A DNA stretch of 64,000 nucleotides from Schmidtea polychroa (taxonomy: Eukaryota): the NCBI GenBank assembly GCA_044892525.1, contig CM097885.1:265732001-265796000 (forward strand). The letters run 5' to 3'. Of this stretch, positions 19,872-32,256 are shown piece after piece. The notes below the pieces were generated by a model, which worked only from the letters and a program-made list of their open reading frames with translations, did not search any database and had not been told where the DNA came from. Made by a program: the position numbers and the translations under genes. The stretch's first letter is position 1. The number at the start of each line of letters is the position of its first letter.

Positions 19872-22800
19872 CAGTAGCGGATTTAGCTATAGGCGTGGGG
19901 GGGCGAATCGCCCCCCCCCCAAAGATAATTTTATGAATTTTTTCGCTTATTAAAGTTTTGTCTGTGTACAAAGTTCAAATGGATTTAAACAACTCCAGCT
20001 GTTATGCTGCATCATATTAATAATATTACATAGCTCCAGTGAAGAGCGACTGTTTGAAGTTTTTAAGCTTGTATAGTGTTTGTACATAAATCTAACCATA
20101 ATAATTATTGTCAATTTGGACTTTTTTGACAAACAAATTATTGCGTTACTATTGAAATATTAAAATAATATTCAATATTGAATTAAAATAAAATTTAAAT
20201 TATAGCCATGCTGAGTCAGCTGGTGATACTACTAAAAGCAAAGCAATTACCAAATTAAGTGGATCATCTAGGCGTAAATTGGCAAAGGAAGCTAGTCTCA
20301 AGGCAGATGCTAGCAAATATATTAAGTCAACATCATTTATAACTAAACAATCTAAACTGCCAGTAGTTCAATCAACTGAAGTTTCTGCTAAAAATGAGCA
20401 TGTATTTGATGATCAACACCCATCTACGCATTCGAGTTTCTGTGCTGAGCCTGCTGAGACAGAAACATAATCTGAAGTTCTTCTTGAAGATGAGCAAGTA
20501 GTTGATGAACAACACCCAGCTATACATTCATATGCAGAGAATATTGAGACGGTAACATTACCTGCTCAGGGCTTGAAACATAATCAGGGTGATTCAGAAT
20601 TTGATACAGCGGAAAAGCAACTTGTTTCAGATATTTTACAAGAACCACTTCTTCCTCAATCCGACTTTCCTACAGATCCAGGACTCTACATTAATACAAG
20701 CATAAGCTCGAAACTGATACGAAAATTGTTTGAAATCGGACCATGTCAACCTGGACTCAATGAACCATTTCAATTTCCGACAGATGAATTGGGGCGCAAG
20801 TTTCAAATTTCTTGGTACACAAAATTTTTTGGAAAAGTTAGTATGAAGGAGGAAAGAAATAGGCTTGTCTATTCACCAACAAATCAAAAAATGCATTGCC
20901 AAGCTTGCTAGTTATTCGCTGATTGTAAAACTGAAAATAATAGCAAGGAATGGTCCGACCCAAATTTTGGAGTTTATAACTGAAAAAAAGGCATGGAAAA
21001 AATCGTTAAACATGAAACTTCCAATCAACATCAAAGTGCAATATGTCAATATTTGCTTGCTAAATATCGCATTTCAAATGATAAAACTGTGATATCTGGT
21101 TTGATCAGTCAGGAGCGTTATCAAGTGGAATAAAATAGAGAAGTTTTGAAACGAATGGTAGATGCAACGTTGTTTTTAGCAAAGCAAGGTTTGCCATTTA
21201 GATGACACAGAGAACATTCTGGCTCTGACAGGTGTAGTAATACTGGAAGTTTTCGTGAATTGCTATTTTTATTGGCTAAATATGATTCCACTTTGGACAA
21301 TCATCTAAAGTTTGAAAAGAAAAATGAACTTTATTTATGCCATGATGTACAAAATGACCTAATTCAATCACTTGCCTCAGAATTATCCGCAAATATTGAT
21401 AATAAAGTTAAGTTTGCACAATTCTTTTCTCTAATTGTTGATTCAACAATTGATATATCCAGAGTTGATCAGATGTCAGTTTCTTTAAGATTAGTGTTAA
21501 AATCAGGACAAGTTGTTGAACGATTTATAGGCTTCTACACGTTGGAAAACAGTAATGCTGCAGCATTTTCTGATATATTATTAACGGAGTTACAAAAGCA
21601 AAACATTGACATTACACTTTGCAGAAGACAGGCATATGATGGTGCCTCTGTGATGTCTGGAATTAAAAATGGTCTTCAAACTAAGATAAAGACACTTTCA
21701 CCAAATGCCATCTTTGTTCACTGTTGTTCTCATGCATTGAATTTGGTGATTATTGAAGCAATGTCTCTTAACAGTGATGTTCAGTTGTTTTTTGGTACAA
21801 CAGAAAAGTTGTATACTTTCCTTACATCAAGTCTACCACGACTACATATTCTCGAAGAACATCAGAAGTCTCGATATGAATCGACAGTAGATACTCTAAA
21901 ACGACTTTTTGATACAAGATAGGCAAGCCGAAAGCATGCAGTTGATGCAGTTGTTGGATCATTCTCCGCTATTATATCTACTCTAGAAGATATAATTTTT
22001 GGGGAATCAAAAGAACACAAAGGAAGTGTCAGAGCAGAAGCTATGGGACTATCTATTTTGATAACAAAATATTCTTTTGTTTTTCTGATGCTATTTCTAC
22101 AAAAGCTGTTACATAATATCTTTGTGTTATCAAACTATTTGTAACGAAAGGACGTTGATATTGCGTTTGCAAAACAATTGATTTATGTTGCCAGAAATAA
22201 GTTTGCTGATATGAGAAATGATAAAGCTTTTGAAAGTCTAAATGTTGCTGTAAAATCATTTATTATCAAAAATTGTTCCTTACTAGATATTGAAACAGAA
22301 TTTAAAGAAAAGCGAGTTTCAAAAAGGAAACGCATGGCAGGTGAACTTAACAGAGATGAAAGGGTTGATGATCCAACTACACGCATCAAATGTGAAACGT
22401 ATTTCACTGCCTTGGATACACTTGTAACACAACTAGATGAACGTTTTAATGATTTTCATAACATTGTTGCTTTATTCTCCTGTCTTGATCCATCACAAAT
22501 ATCAGAAGAAAATAAAGAATCTTTTCAAAATTTATGCGACATTTACAAAAATGATATTAATATTGAAGAAGCAATCCTAGAATATGATACTTTCAAATAC
22601 GTGTATGCATCAATACGCCCATTAATATCTTGTGAACTACAACTTAAATAGGTACTACCTTTCTTGGTTGAAAAACAGATGGCACCAGAACTTCCCAATT
22701 TGGCAATTCTCTATAAAATATACTTGACTCTTCCTGTTACATCTGCTACTGCTGAAAGAAGTTTCAGTAGACTGAAAATCATCAAAAATTATTTGCGATC

Positions 22801-23121
22801 AACAATGACAAACGAACGTCTGTCTGGATTAGCATTAATTTCAATAGAACGCGAACTGGCTGAGAACGTTGACTTTGAATCGACTATAAATCGTTTGCTT
22901 CAATGAAATCACGCAGGAAGCAATTTAAATAATAAAAAAACTTGTATGTTTGTTACATCAATAAATTTACTAGAAAATATTTACTGAATATAATGCTTTT
23001 TAATAATATTAGTATTCACTCAATACTTACGAAAATAAGTAGTACCATCTTCATAATTTGTGGCGCCCCCTGAAAATTTTCCTCGCCCCCCCCCACGCAC
23101 CAAAATCTAAATCCGACACTG
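19872..23121 (+). mobile_element. hAT DNA transposon (ZMYM1-like transposase), 3250 bp
   Basis: TIRs CAGTAGCGGATTTAG / CAGTGTCGGATTTAG; 8-bp TSD GTTCTTTC (19864-19871, 23122-23129). Confidence 0.93.
20208..22906 (+). pseudogene. Disrupted hAT transposase
   Basis: Fragments with LIVDSTIDIS, YDGASVMSG, VHCCSHALNL, and the hATC tail LPVTSATAERSFSRLK; multiple stops. Confidence 0.9.
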
Positions 23122-23791
23122 GTTCTTTCCTGCCCAAATGAAGGATGAGAAGACGAAGGTATTGCGGCTGGAGCACTGTCGAGACAGCCTCCTAGAAGAA
23201 AGCCGATACCAACGGCTAACGATAAAAGCTCAGTCAGAAGCTTTGCACAAAATCTACACCGAGACAGATATCCAACGAAGGGATGAGTTCGCGGTTCTAG
23301 AAGCATCCCTTTTTGCTGCACCAAATCCATAAAGAACAAGCTCCAAGGATAACCGTATCCACTCCACAGGAGAATTTCCGCATAGTTTCGACGGAAGTGT
23401 CCCGTTTGTGCAATGATACTCAGCTTCAGGTGGACATCGACGTCCTGATGGCTGAGGGCGATATGATCTGATCAGTCAAAGTCAAATTCAATGAAATCAA
23501 TCCCCTGTTCAAAAATTTACTTTTCTAAACGTATGGTGTGATTGTACCCCGTCAATTGATTTTTCAATAATTTTCTTACTTGTGATTCTTAATGTATTTT
23601 GTGTTACTCAATAAAACTTATTGACGTCAAAGTTATAAAGTTACGATGAATTATTTTAATGTATGTGTGAAATCTATAAACATAATAATGACCACGAGTT
23701 ATTAAAGACGTCGTTTGGACCAGGATGCCAGTCTGTGATTTAGAAATGAGTTAAGTCCTTCTATGGCACTCTCAAACCCGAACTTTGAATT

Positions 23792-23886
23792 CTACCGGGA
23801 GTAGTTCTACCATGGGAGCTCACCTGCCGGTAGGTTTCGACCTGTGTATACACTACCAACGTCTCACATCACCACGGGTATACATA
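23792..23886 (+). ncRNA. Conserved structured RNA motif, copy A
   Basis: Stem CTACCGG/CCGGTAG around GAGTAGT..GCTCACCTG; hairpin TGTGTATAC/GTATACATA with an ACTACCAA x G internal loop. Confidence 0.55.
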
Positions 23887-23985
23887 ATGGAGATGATTGC
23901 TAAATCGTGGAAATTACCCAAGCGAGTCTGTCTGAGCATGCGAATGATTTGTCTTTCTTTGTTTCTTCCTCTTGGGTAACCAACA

Positions 23986-24753
23986 CTATGCTATTAGATC
24001 TCCCAGTCACCTGACACCCAAGCGCTGCTTTATTAATTTCGTCTTTATTACTTAGTCTCGGCGAACTGATTGTTTGGGCTAGTTTCTTTGATACCCATTG
24101 ATCTCGTACTGGAGTTATCGACCTTTATCTTTTCTCGGCATTTGCGGCAAATACTTCAGATTTTCCGGTACTTTTAAAATTCAATTCAATTTTCATGAGT
24201 CTTTTCACAAGTTCATCGAAATTCGAAAAATCCACGTAGCATAGTGCTTTTTTATTTCAGGAAGGCTCCATTTATAAATTGATTTAGAAGCAGTTTTCTG
24301 ACTTGTTTTACCATCTCAACTTATTCAGGCTTTGCTTCGAAGGCTTTGCTAAAGTCGTTAAATAGTATGCGTATTCACTTACCGATTCATTTGGATTTTG
24401 CACTCTGGCATAAAACTTTTGTCGCATTATCCTTTGAATATCGCCTACCACCAATTTCATTGCCATAGCGTCTTTGAGTTTGGCCCAATCATTTCCAATT
24501 GTCTTTTTATCCACTTGCTGCCAAGCTTCTCTTTGGGCTCCTTTGAAATAGAATGGGAATCTTTGTACCATAATGGCTTGTGCCACCCATAGGCCGAAGC
24601 GTACATATAATAATTTCCCATGAAATCAGCAAACTCAACCGCGTCTCCTCCATACTGATTCACAGGTAATTTTTGATAACTGGCAAAGTCTATCATCTCG
24701 GCGTTCTCTCTGGCCATCTTTATTGTTCGATTTCTCAGATTATATTCACTCAC
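23986..24753 (-). pseudogene. gag: gypsy-like gag, 5' part (frameshifted ORFs 24457-24753 and 24308-24586)
   Basis: KLPVNQYGGD...YASAYGW...QRFPFYFKGA...QNPNESVSEYA; homologous to 29337-30376. Confidence 0.85.
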
Positions 24754-24886
24754 TGCTAAATAATAAAATTAATAATCAATAATTACTACCTCTTTCAATT
24801 TTCCCGATTTCTGATTATTTTCAAATTTTATTAATTTAGTTTTCTTAACCTCTTTTTACTATTCAATATTTACCCACCAACGTTTG

Positions 24887-24904
24887 ATCACATCGGGTTC
24901 ACCA
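24887..24904 (-). promoter_or_regulatory. Primer-binding site, tRNA-Trp type
   Basis: TGGTGAACCCGATGTGAT versus the canonical Trp PBS TGGTGACCCCGACGTGAT (16/18), next to an LTR end ...CCCAACA. Confidence 0.85.
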
Positions 24905-24969
24905 AAAATATATGTTGGGTTTTATGATATTAAAAATCAACCGTTGGTTACTCTGACTCAACGTGTTCC

Positions 24970-26327
24970 AAAAATTAATAAACACAACTTCCAACGTATA
25001 TTTGTTTTTTAGAATTTCTTAAACCTTTAGATGAACACCTCAACCAGTTCGGGAAAAAACCTCCGTCCTTGCTTTTCCTGCGCGGATAAAAATGCCGATA
25101 TCGCACAGCTACACTTATACATCGGGGAGTTAAAGAAGAGAATTGACCTTTATGAAGGAACGTGGTTCTCCCCACCACAAATGAAGGAGGAGAAGAGCAA
25201 AATTCTACGTTAGGAGCACTGCCGTGACAGTCTCCTGGAAGAAAGCAGGTGCCAGAGGCTAACCATAAAAGCCCAATCAGAGGCACTGCACAAAGTGTAT
25301 TCTGAATCAGAAATAGCGAAGCGAGTTCGTGAATATCCAATGCAAGATGGGACTAACGTGTTCCCAGGACACCACCAGTAAGCTGAAACATCATCAACAA
25401 CTAGCTGTAAGGGGCATGGCCTACAATTGACGCCAATTCCCGCCCCAGTTCTTTCTGGTTATCGGTCTATGACCGGCGGTCCATCGGACCCTATCTTGGC
25501 CCCACTCCTCGTGCCTCACCTCACTCAACCTCCAGTAAAAGCCACATTGCCACATCGAAAGCGTAAACGGCTGACGCGCTCTGAGAAAAATCAGAAGCGT
25601 AGAAACGCAATGGCCGCCCTTGAAGCATCCTTGTCAGTGGCACAATCCAAAATTAATGAAATAACCTCCACGCATTCAATTACCGCCAAGGAGATCTTCA
25701 AAATAATTCCGGCAGAGGGGATTAAATATGAGGCCGATCAGTACTTACCTGTCGACATCGACGAGATGCTTGCCGAAGGAGAAGCATTCTCGTAATAAAC
25801 TTTCCCATCGGTCCCGATCATCCTACCTTATGCATGGACTCGAAGAATTTGACATTTATCTTGTGCATGTTCTTAAATGTTTTATCATTATCCAAATAAT
25901 ATGGACTGTCTTGTTATGTTTATCTTAAATACAACTGTTTGATTTCTTTGACTGCGTTAGTAGTATATCTGATTGGCTGTGGTTGATTGGAATGGAAAAG
26001 TGATCCTGAAGGTATAGTACGAGCTTGAATGTCGTCCCTTTGGACCAGGGTCGGACTGAATTATGCGTGTAAAATGGGTAAGACCTTCTAAGGCACCATG
26101 GAACCCGAACCGAGAAAGGGTTAGAAGTAGTCCTAAGGCAGGGGCTCACCTGCTAATTTTTTCCAACCCGTGTGAGCAGCACCAACGTGGAACGTCACCA
26201 CGGGCTCATACGTGGGAATATGCTAATGATCATTTGGTGTATGTGAGGGAATAGTCTGAGCAGAACCATGATACTTGAGATGTATGATAATCATGTATGT
26301 ATATTTTCTTTCCCACATACGCCAACA
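24970..26327 (+). mobile_element. 3' part of multi-kb LTR (copy B)
   Basis: CFSCA ORF homolog and structured motif (26119-26211); ends CCAACA at 26327. Confidence 0.75.
26119..26211 (+). ncRNA. Conserved structured RNA motif, copy B
   Basis: GGTTAG/CTAATT stem; GTGTGAGC/GCTCATAC; AGCACCAA x G loop; CGTGG/CCACG. Confidence 0.6.
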
Positions 26328-26397
26328 TTTATATAAATATTTCTTCCATTTTTATTGATTTATTTTTTAATTTAATTGTAAAATAGTCATTGGCGAC

Positions 26398-27630
26398 ATG
26401 GATAAAAATAAAAAAATAAAACTTTCTGGTTATGAATTTATGAAAAAAAGAGAGGAAAAAGAAAAGAGACACGAAAAAGATAAAGATAGTCTCCTAAAGT
26501 TTTTATTCAATCCCACTGCCTCTATAAGGAATGATATGGACTTACAACCCTCAACTTCAAATAGCTCTGCAATTAAAGTTGCAGTTAGTAATGCAGTTCA
26601 GATAACTCGTCAAGAAAATTGTGTAATTGAGGAAACTTATCTGGATTTGGATCAGGACTATGACAGAAATAGATTTCATGATTTAGTAATCACTGACCCT
26701 GGTACATGGCCTATAATGAAAGATGAACTCCGGCAGATGATTATTAAAACGAATATAGGACATATTGAAAATAATACTTTCCCAGCTGACAAAGACAACA
26801 GAAAATTCACGACATTTCATTATCAACGAAAATTATGTAATGGTGAAAGTATGACAAGAAAATTGTTGCAATAATCGTTAGATAAAGATCGTGTTTTTTG
26901 TATTTGCTGTAAACTTTTCTCCTCAACTGCATCAAATTCATCATTAAATGACAGTGGAAGCTATGATTGGAAGAATCTGGCAGCACAGCTTTCAATGCAT
27001 GTAAAGAACGCTAAACAAGTCGAATGTTTCCAACTATGGTGAGAATTGTAGATGCGTCTTATAACAGAACGTACAATTGATCAATCCCAATTAGCCATAA
27101 TTAAAGAAAAAGAAAATTATTGGCAAAACATCTTGGAAAGATTGATTGATTTAGTACGGGTTCTTGGGTAACAGAATTTGCATTTTCGTGGGAGTGGAGT
27201 AGAACAATTAAATTGCCCCCGAAATGGAAATTTTTTGAAATTAATTCAATATTTTGGACGGTACGACCCTATTATGAAGGAACATTTAAGAAAAATTACA
27301 AGTAATGAAGTACATGTTCATTATTTATGGAAGAATATTCAAAATGAATTGATGCACGTACTTTTTGAAGCAATAATTAACAAAACAATTGAACATGTCC
27401 GTCAGGCAAAATATTATGCAATAATCCTCGACTGTACACCGGATGCAAGTCATGTTGAACAGATGACCATGTTAGTACGTTTTGTGGACATGGATAAACT
27501 GCAGCATTCGGAAGTCTTCATTAGGGAACATTATTTAGGTTTCATTCCTATTAAATCTTCTAGCAGAAACTTTAATAAAACAATTGAAACATTTGTCATT
27601 GGATGTTCAAATGCAATGGACGTAATATGA
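26398..27630 (+). pseudogene. Truncated hAT (ZMYM1-like) transposase relic
   Basis: DPGTW, RNGNFLKLI, YYAIILDCTPDASHVEQMT; broken by stops and 3'-truncated; no TIR seen. Confidence 0.8.
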
Positions 27631-30600
27631 AGTAATATTTCTCAGTTTACTTTGAGTCTTTCTGTTTTTTCTCCTCTTGAAATTTCTGTATTATTTTACA
27701 TCTTATTTCATACAAATTTCTGCATTATTTTTCTTTAATGTTATTATCACTCGTCATCTTGGTCATATATGCCTCATTTTTAACTTCAATTTTTATCTCA
27801 TTTTCAACAATAATCTGCTCCGCTTCATTTTCTATTTCATCTTTTTCAGTCTTCATCTCATTTTTAACAATAATCTCTCCAGTTTCATTTAATATTTCAT
27901 ATCTTCTCATTTCTTGTTCATCGTGCGTCTCATCATCATTACTCATTATCTCATTTTTCCAGTTTGGTAATTCCATTTTAAAGCTTTCTTCTACTTCCTT
28001 TAATTCCCATTGTTTCGCCGCAACTAATTCAGTAATAAACTTTCCTGATTCGTCAAAGATTCATTTTCATCAAATTTTCGTGGTACGCAGCCACAATCAA
28101 ATAAATACTTATCATCATCTAACTCAAAACCTTTATATGTCAATACAATTATTCCATCATTGCCCATAATTTCTGCTGCTCTTCGTCGTATTTTACTCAC
28201 TTTCGTACAACAATGCTCGTTGGTACATTCCATTTCTTGATCGTTTACTTTTAACATTATTACGAATGGCTCAACATAAACTACTTTTCTCTAAATTCCT
28301 GCCCAATTTTTTGAATAAGCGTTTTTATTATTTCACTATATTCATTATCATAATTTACATAATTTACTGATCCAATCTAAAATTTTTAATTTATCTTCCA
28401 CCTCATATTCTAAATTCAAAATATCATTTTATTTATTAATAATATCACCTGTATCTCCCTTGATCAATGCTTCATTTAATTCAAATTTAATTTTATCGAC
28501 ATCATATTTGACTGGTTTTTCATTGGTAATCATGCTCATTATTTGTATCTCATTTTCAACACCGGGGATCAATCCACAATCTATCAAAAGTTCGTCGTCT
28601 TCCAACACCCGATTCATAAATCTAAGTTCTACTGCCCAAACTTCACATTTGTGCATTATTTCTCTTTTTAACTCGTGCACCTTTTCATATGCTTCAATTT
28701 GATACTCGAATTTGGTGCCACCTGATGCATTTGTTTTAATAAATATCGGGTCTAACCATTTCAATTTTCGTAGAGTTTGGCCAAATTCTTTCATATACTT
28801 TTCAAATACATCTCGCTTTTCCACACTTGCTGCATAACATTTCGTACAAAGTTTAATAACAGTTTTAATTTTTGTTAAACTCAACGGTTTTTCCTTTAGC
28901 TTCATTAACACTTCTATCAATTTCTGAAAGTTTGCGTTAGGTTCTGTTACTAATTTTCTGGCCTTAGCAATAAGTATTGTACTCTTTTCACTTTGCATAT
29001 CCGTTTTAACTCTGTTTCTTTTAACATCATCAAGTTTTGATTCATCTGTCTTCACCTCTCGTCTTGTCATCATATGAGAATCTGTTTCTTCATCTGATTC
29101 AAATTTTGCTATCAATTTATTCAATTTTTGATTTAACTGTTTAACATCGTTCTCGATTTTTTCTCTAAATTTATCTTTCTGAACATAAGCAACGTTATTC
29201 TTTGATTGGTTTTCATCTTGAAATCTAATTGTTCGTTTCAAAATCGGTCATTGAAATTTATCGGAATTCCTGGGACAAGATCTTGCAATATGCCCGTAAT
29301 TTCTGCATAAATGACATTGAATTTGTCCATTTAAATTCATATTATCTCTTTGTGGTGATGGTGATCTATCACACATCCTTTTCTATCAGAGCGATAACAT
29401 TTTACCTCATTAAAATTTGACTTTACATTAGGAATTGCTCTTCGAAAATTCGTTCCTCTATCATCTCTACGCCAATCGGGACCCGATCTCCTGGGTACTC
29501 TTTCAGAATTATTTTTAAACCAACACTGATTTGTATAATGGCCAATTTTCTTACAAATATCACACTGAATAACTTTAGCTCTCTCAGTGCCTGGTGAATT
29601 TTGGCTTGCTCTGTTCATATTATTATCGTTTCTCCATTTGGGTGATGGGCTCTTTGATCGTCGAAATCTATTTCCTGATTCCCAATTACCTTGAGTTGGG
29701 GTTATTGATCTCTCTCTTTGTACTGGAATTATTGCAAATACCTCAGATTTATTTTTAGAGCGCTTTAGATTCAATTCGATTTTTATAGCCTTTTTAACTA
29801 GTTCATCAAAATTGTCATAATCTACAAAACATAATGCCGTTTTTATCTCTTTATTTACTCCGGACGAAAATTGATCTTGAATCAGTTCCTGGATCTGTTG
29901 GATTAATCTTGGTTGTTTCGAATCTTCTTCAAAGGATTTACTGGCAAAGGTGGATAAATTATATGCAAATTCGCTCACTGTTTCATTTGGATTCTGAACT
30001 CTATTATAAAATTTCTGACGCATTAATCTCTTTATATCTCCTCCAATAAGTTTAGCAGCCAAGGCATCTTTTAATTTAGCCCAATCATTGCCGATTGTTT
30101 TCCTGTCGATTTTTGCCAAACCTCTTTAGCTGCTCCTTTAAGATATAAGGGTAATCTTTGAATCATGATTGCTTGAGACCATCCATAAGCCGTTGCATAC
30201 ATATAGTGATCACTCATGAAATCAACAAAAGTAATTGGATCTCCTCCATATTGCTCTACTGGCAATTTTTGACAACTGGCAAAATCATTATTTTCTTTAA
30301 CAACTGAAACTGGTAAATCTTCACTGCTCATTATCTTTTCCTTTTTACTCTGGCTCCGAAAATAATATGGGTTCACTTTAATAAATTATTTCGTTTTCAA
30401 ATTGCACAAAATCTAAATCTCAAATTATTATTATAATAAATAATTTACCCTTTTCAAAAATTCTTTTATAATTTCAATTTACCACAGTTTATTTTCACAA
30501 TTTTCTTTTTCAACAATCTCTTCACCAACTTTTGATCACGTTGGGCTCACCAAAATATGTTGGGTTATTGAGTTGGGGATAGAATTAGAACTCTTACTCT

Positions 30601-31032
30601 GACTCCAAGCGTGTCTTTGACTGCCACACAAATAACAATTAACACTGGAAACTTTATTGAATATCACAAATATTTTCACAATGATATAATTGACTCAACA
30701 AGCTAACTATTATAATGTGCTTATTACAACACAATAGTGAGAAATAGCACACTCGTATAACTTTGATTTGTCAAACCTCTCACAACTGAGGAGTGTAATA
30801 ATTGGTAATTTTAACAGGTTTTTTCTCTGATTTTGACTTGGCTTTACTCTTCTAACTTTACTCTATTATCAACTGAATTAACTCTATCTTTTCTTCTCCT
30901 GCTTATGCTGTGCCACCTCCTTTTATACCTTGTAAATTTATGGCAAGTGTTTTCCCATTTTCTTTCTCCTGATTTCCCCGACTGTCCCATTTTTATCTCT
31001 GACAGCTGTCAAGTTCTTTTCCCTTTTTAACA
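27630..31032 (-). mobile_element. gypsy-like LTR element copy 2: 5' LTR (30558-31032), Trp PBS (30535-30552), broken gag-coiled coil-UBL-UBL ORF, no pol visible
   Basis: LTR termini TGTT/AACA; PBS TGGTGAGCCCAACGTGAT; ORFs 30071-30376, 29337-30119 (CDICKKIGHYTNQC), 28429-29241, 28024-28257, 27725-27976. Confidence 0.8.
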
Positions 31033-31107
31033 TCACTTAAAAAATGTCTTCAACCACACTCTCAGTATATTTCTTGGTAATCTGTTTAAAGTCAATGAAA
31101 GTCTTTT

Positions 31108-32037
31108 TTAACTACATACTCGTAGACAGATGATAACTGAGCACGATATTGATGGGCATTCTCTTCTGTTGTGTCCAATATCTTTACACGCAAAACATCT
31201 CATCTCTGCATTCTGTGCTCTCTGATTGCACTCTCTGGATTGGTGCCCTTCTTTTCCAGATTGGGAGCATTTCTGAACCCTTGGTTTCCGACATTCTTGA
31301 CTCATATGACCCGCCTCCTGACAATTCCAACATATAATAACTGATCTATTTCTAACCGGCATTTCTCTTTTTTGGAATCTGTTCTGGAAATTATCGGCTT
31401 TCATCCTAGGTGTTAAATCATATCTGTCTTCTATTCGTTGTGAACTTGTAAAAGTTCTGCTTTGGTTCTGTCTATCGGCTAATCCTTGTCTTATCTTGAC
31501 AATACTCGCAAACGCTTCCTTCCTTCTATTCAAAATTGAAATTCCATATACTTCAATGTTTATATCATCGACCTTCTTTATCACTCCTTTTATTTCGTCG
31601 ACGCTCATCGCATCTCTCATCATTATTTCTTTCTGTGTATCCTTGCCTTTGATATAATGGACCAAAAAATATGACATTAATTCTTTCTTGTCCCATTTGT
31701 GCTTCAGAACCATCTTTTCTATTTTTTCGAAATATACTCGGGGTGTATCCTCGTTTTTTTCATAATTGCAGAGGGTTAGAAAATCCCCTATCAACGTCGA
31801 TGGTTTCTTGAAAGCCTTTTTCAATCTGTCTACAAAACAAATTTCATTTTCTTCTATTGCTTCATAAATTGGCAACAACTCTCTTGCGATCAAACATTTG
31901 ATCATCATACTTTGGCTGGATTGTTCTAGTCCACATACTTGGAAATACCTCTTGCATTCTCCAATAAAAACGTCTACATCGACGCTGCCATCGTAAATAT
32001 CCGGGATCATTTTATTGATCATTGCCAGGGTCGCCAT
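31108..32037 (-). pseudogene. gag: gag of a different LTR retrotransposon (three CCHC-type knuckles), 3'-truncated
   Basis: CWNCQEAGHMSQEC, CSQSGKEGHQSREC (degenerate), CFACKDIGHNRREC. Preceded by a PBS-like TGGCGACCCTGGCA (32023-32036). Confidence 0.85.
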
Positions 32038-32256
32038 GTTAATATTAACCAGTTAGTAATTTACAAATATTTATTTTTAATACAAATACAAATTATTGCC
32101 TAACTCTGGTATTATTAAAACACCCGATTTATATGGCGAATTAATTAATTAATTAATAATGCTAATTATGCGTACCAGCATTTATACTTATTATACTTTT
32201 ACTTATAATACAATATATATTTTATTTATAAATTAATTATTTAAATATCCCTAACA
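32037..32256 (-). repeat. Candidate short LTR (~220 bp)
   Basis: TGTTA...TAACA termini directly abutting the PBS-like sequence. Confidence 0.55.

Larger units (their letters stand above)
19730..23460 (+). pseudogene. LTR-borne ORF (CFSCA / coiled-coil / basic), split by the hAT insertion
   Basis: Removing 19872-23129 rejoins ...HYECTWFF-PAQMKDEKTKVLR..., matching the homologs at 25031-25795 and 51206-51838. Confidence 0.7.
1515..23985 (+). mobile_element. Solo LTR (copy A, ~3.4 kb net) containing nested Tigger, Polinton and hAT insertions
   Basis: Termini TGTTGG...CCAACA with 4-bp TSD CTAT (1511-1514, 23986-23989). Removing it rejoins the gag in frame (TGRSNSIV-CDHC), collinear with the homolog TERAKVIQ-CDIC at 29.6 kb. 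Confidence 0.85.

Noticed and set aside
24887-24904. tRNA gene
   Set aside because: Only 18 nt complementary to a tRNA 3' end, next to an LTR, so it is a PBS. No tRNA or rRNA genes were recognised in the window.
26167-26208. H-type pseudoknot (CCCGTG/CACGGG plus TGAGC/GCTCA) in the structured motif
   Set aside because: The connecting loops would be zero-length and the first pairing is poorly kept in other copies; the nested hairpin explains the covariation better.
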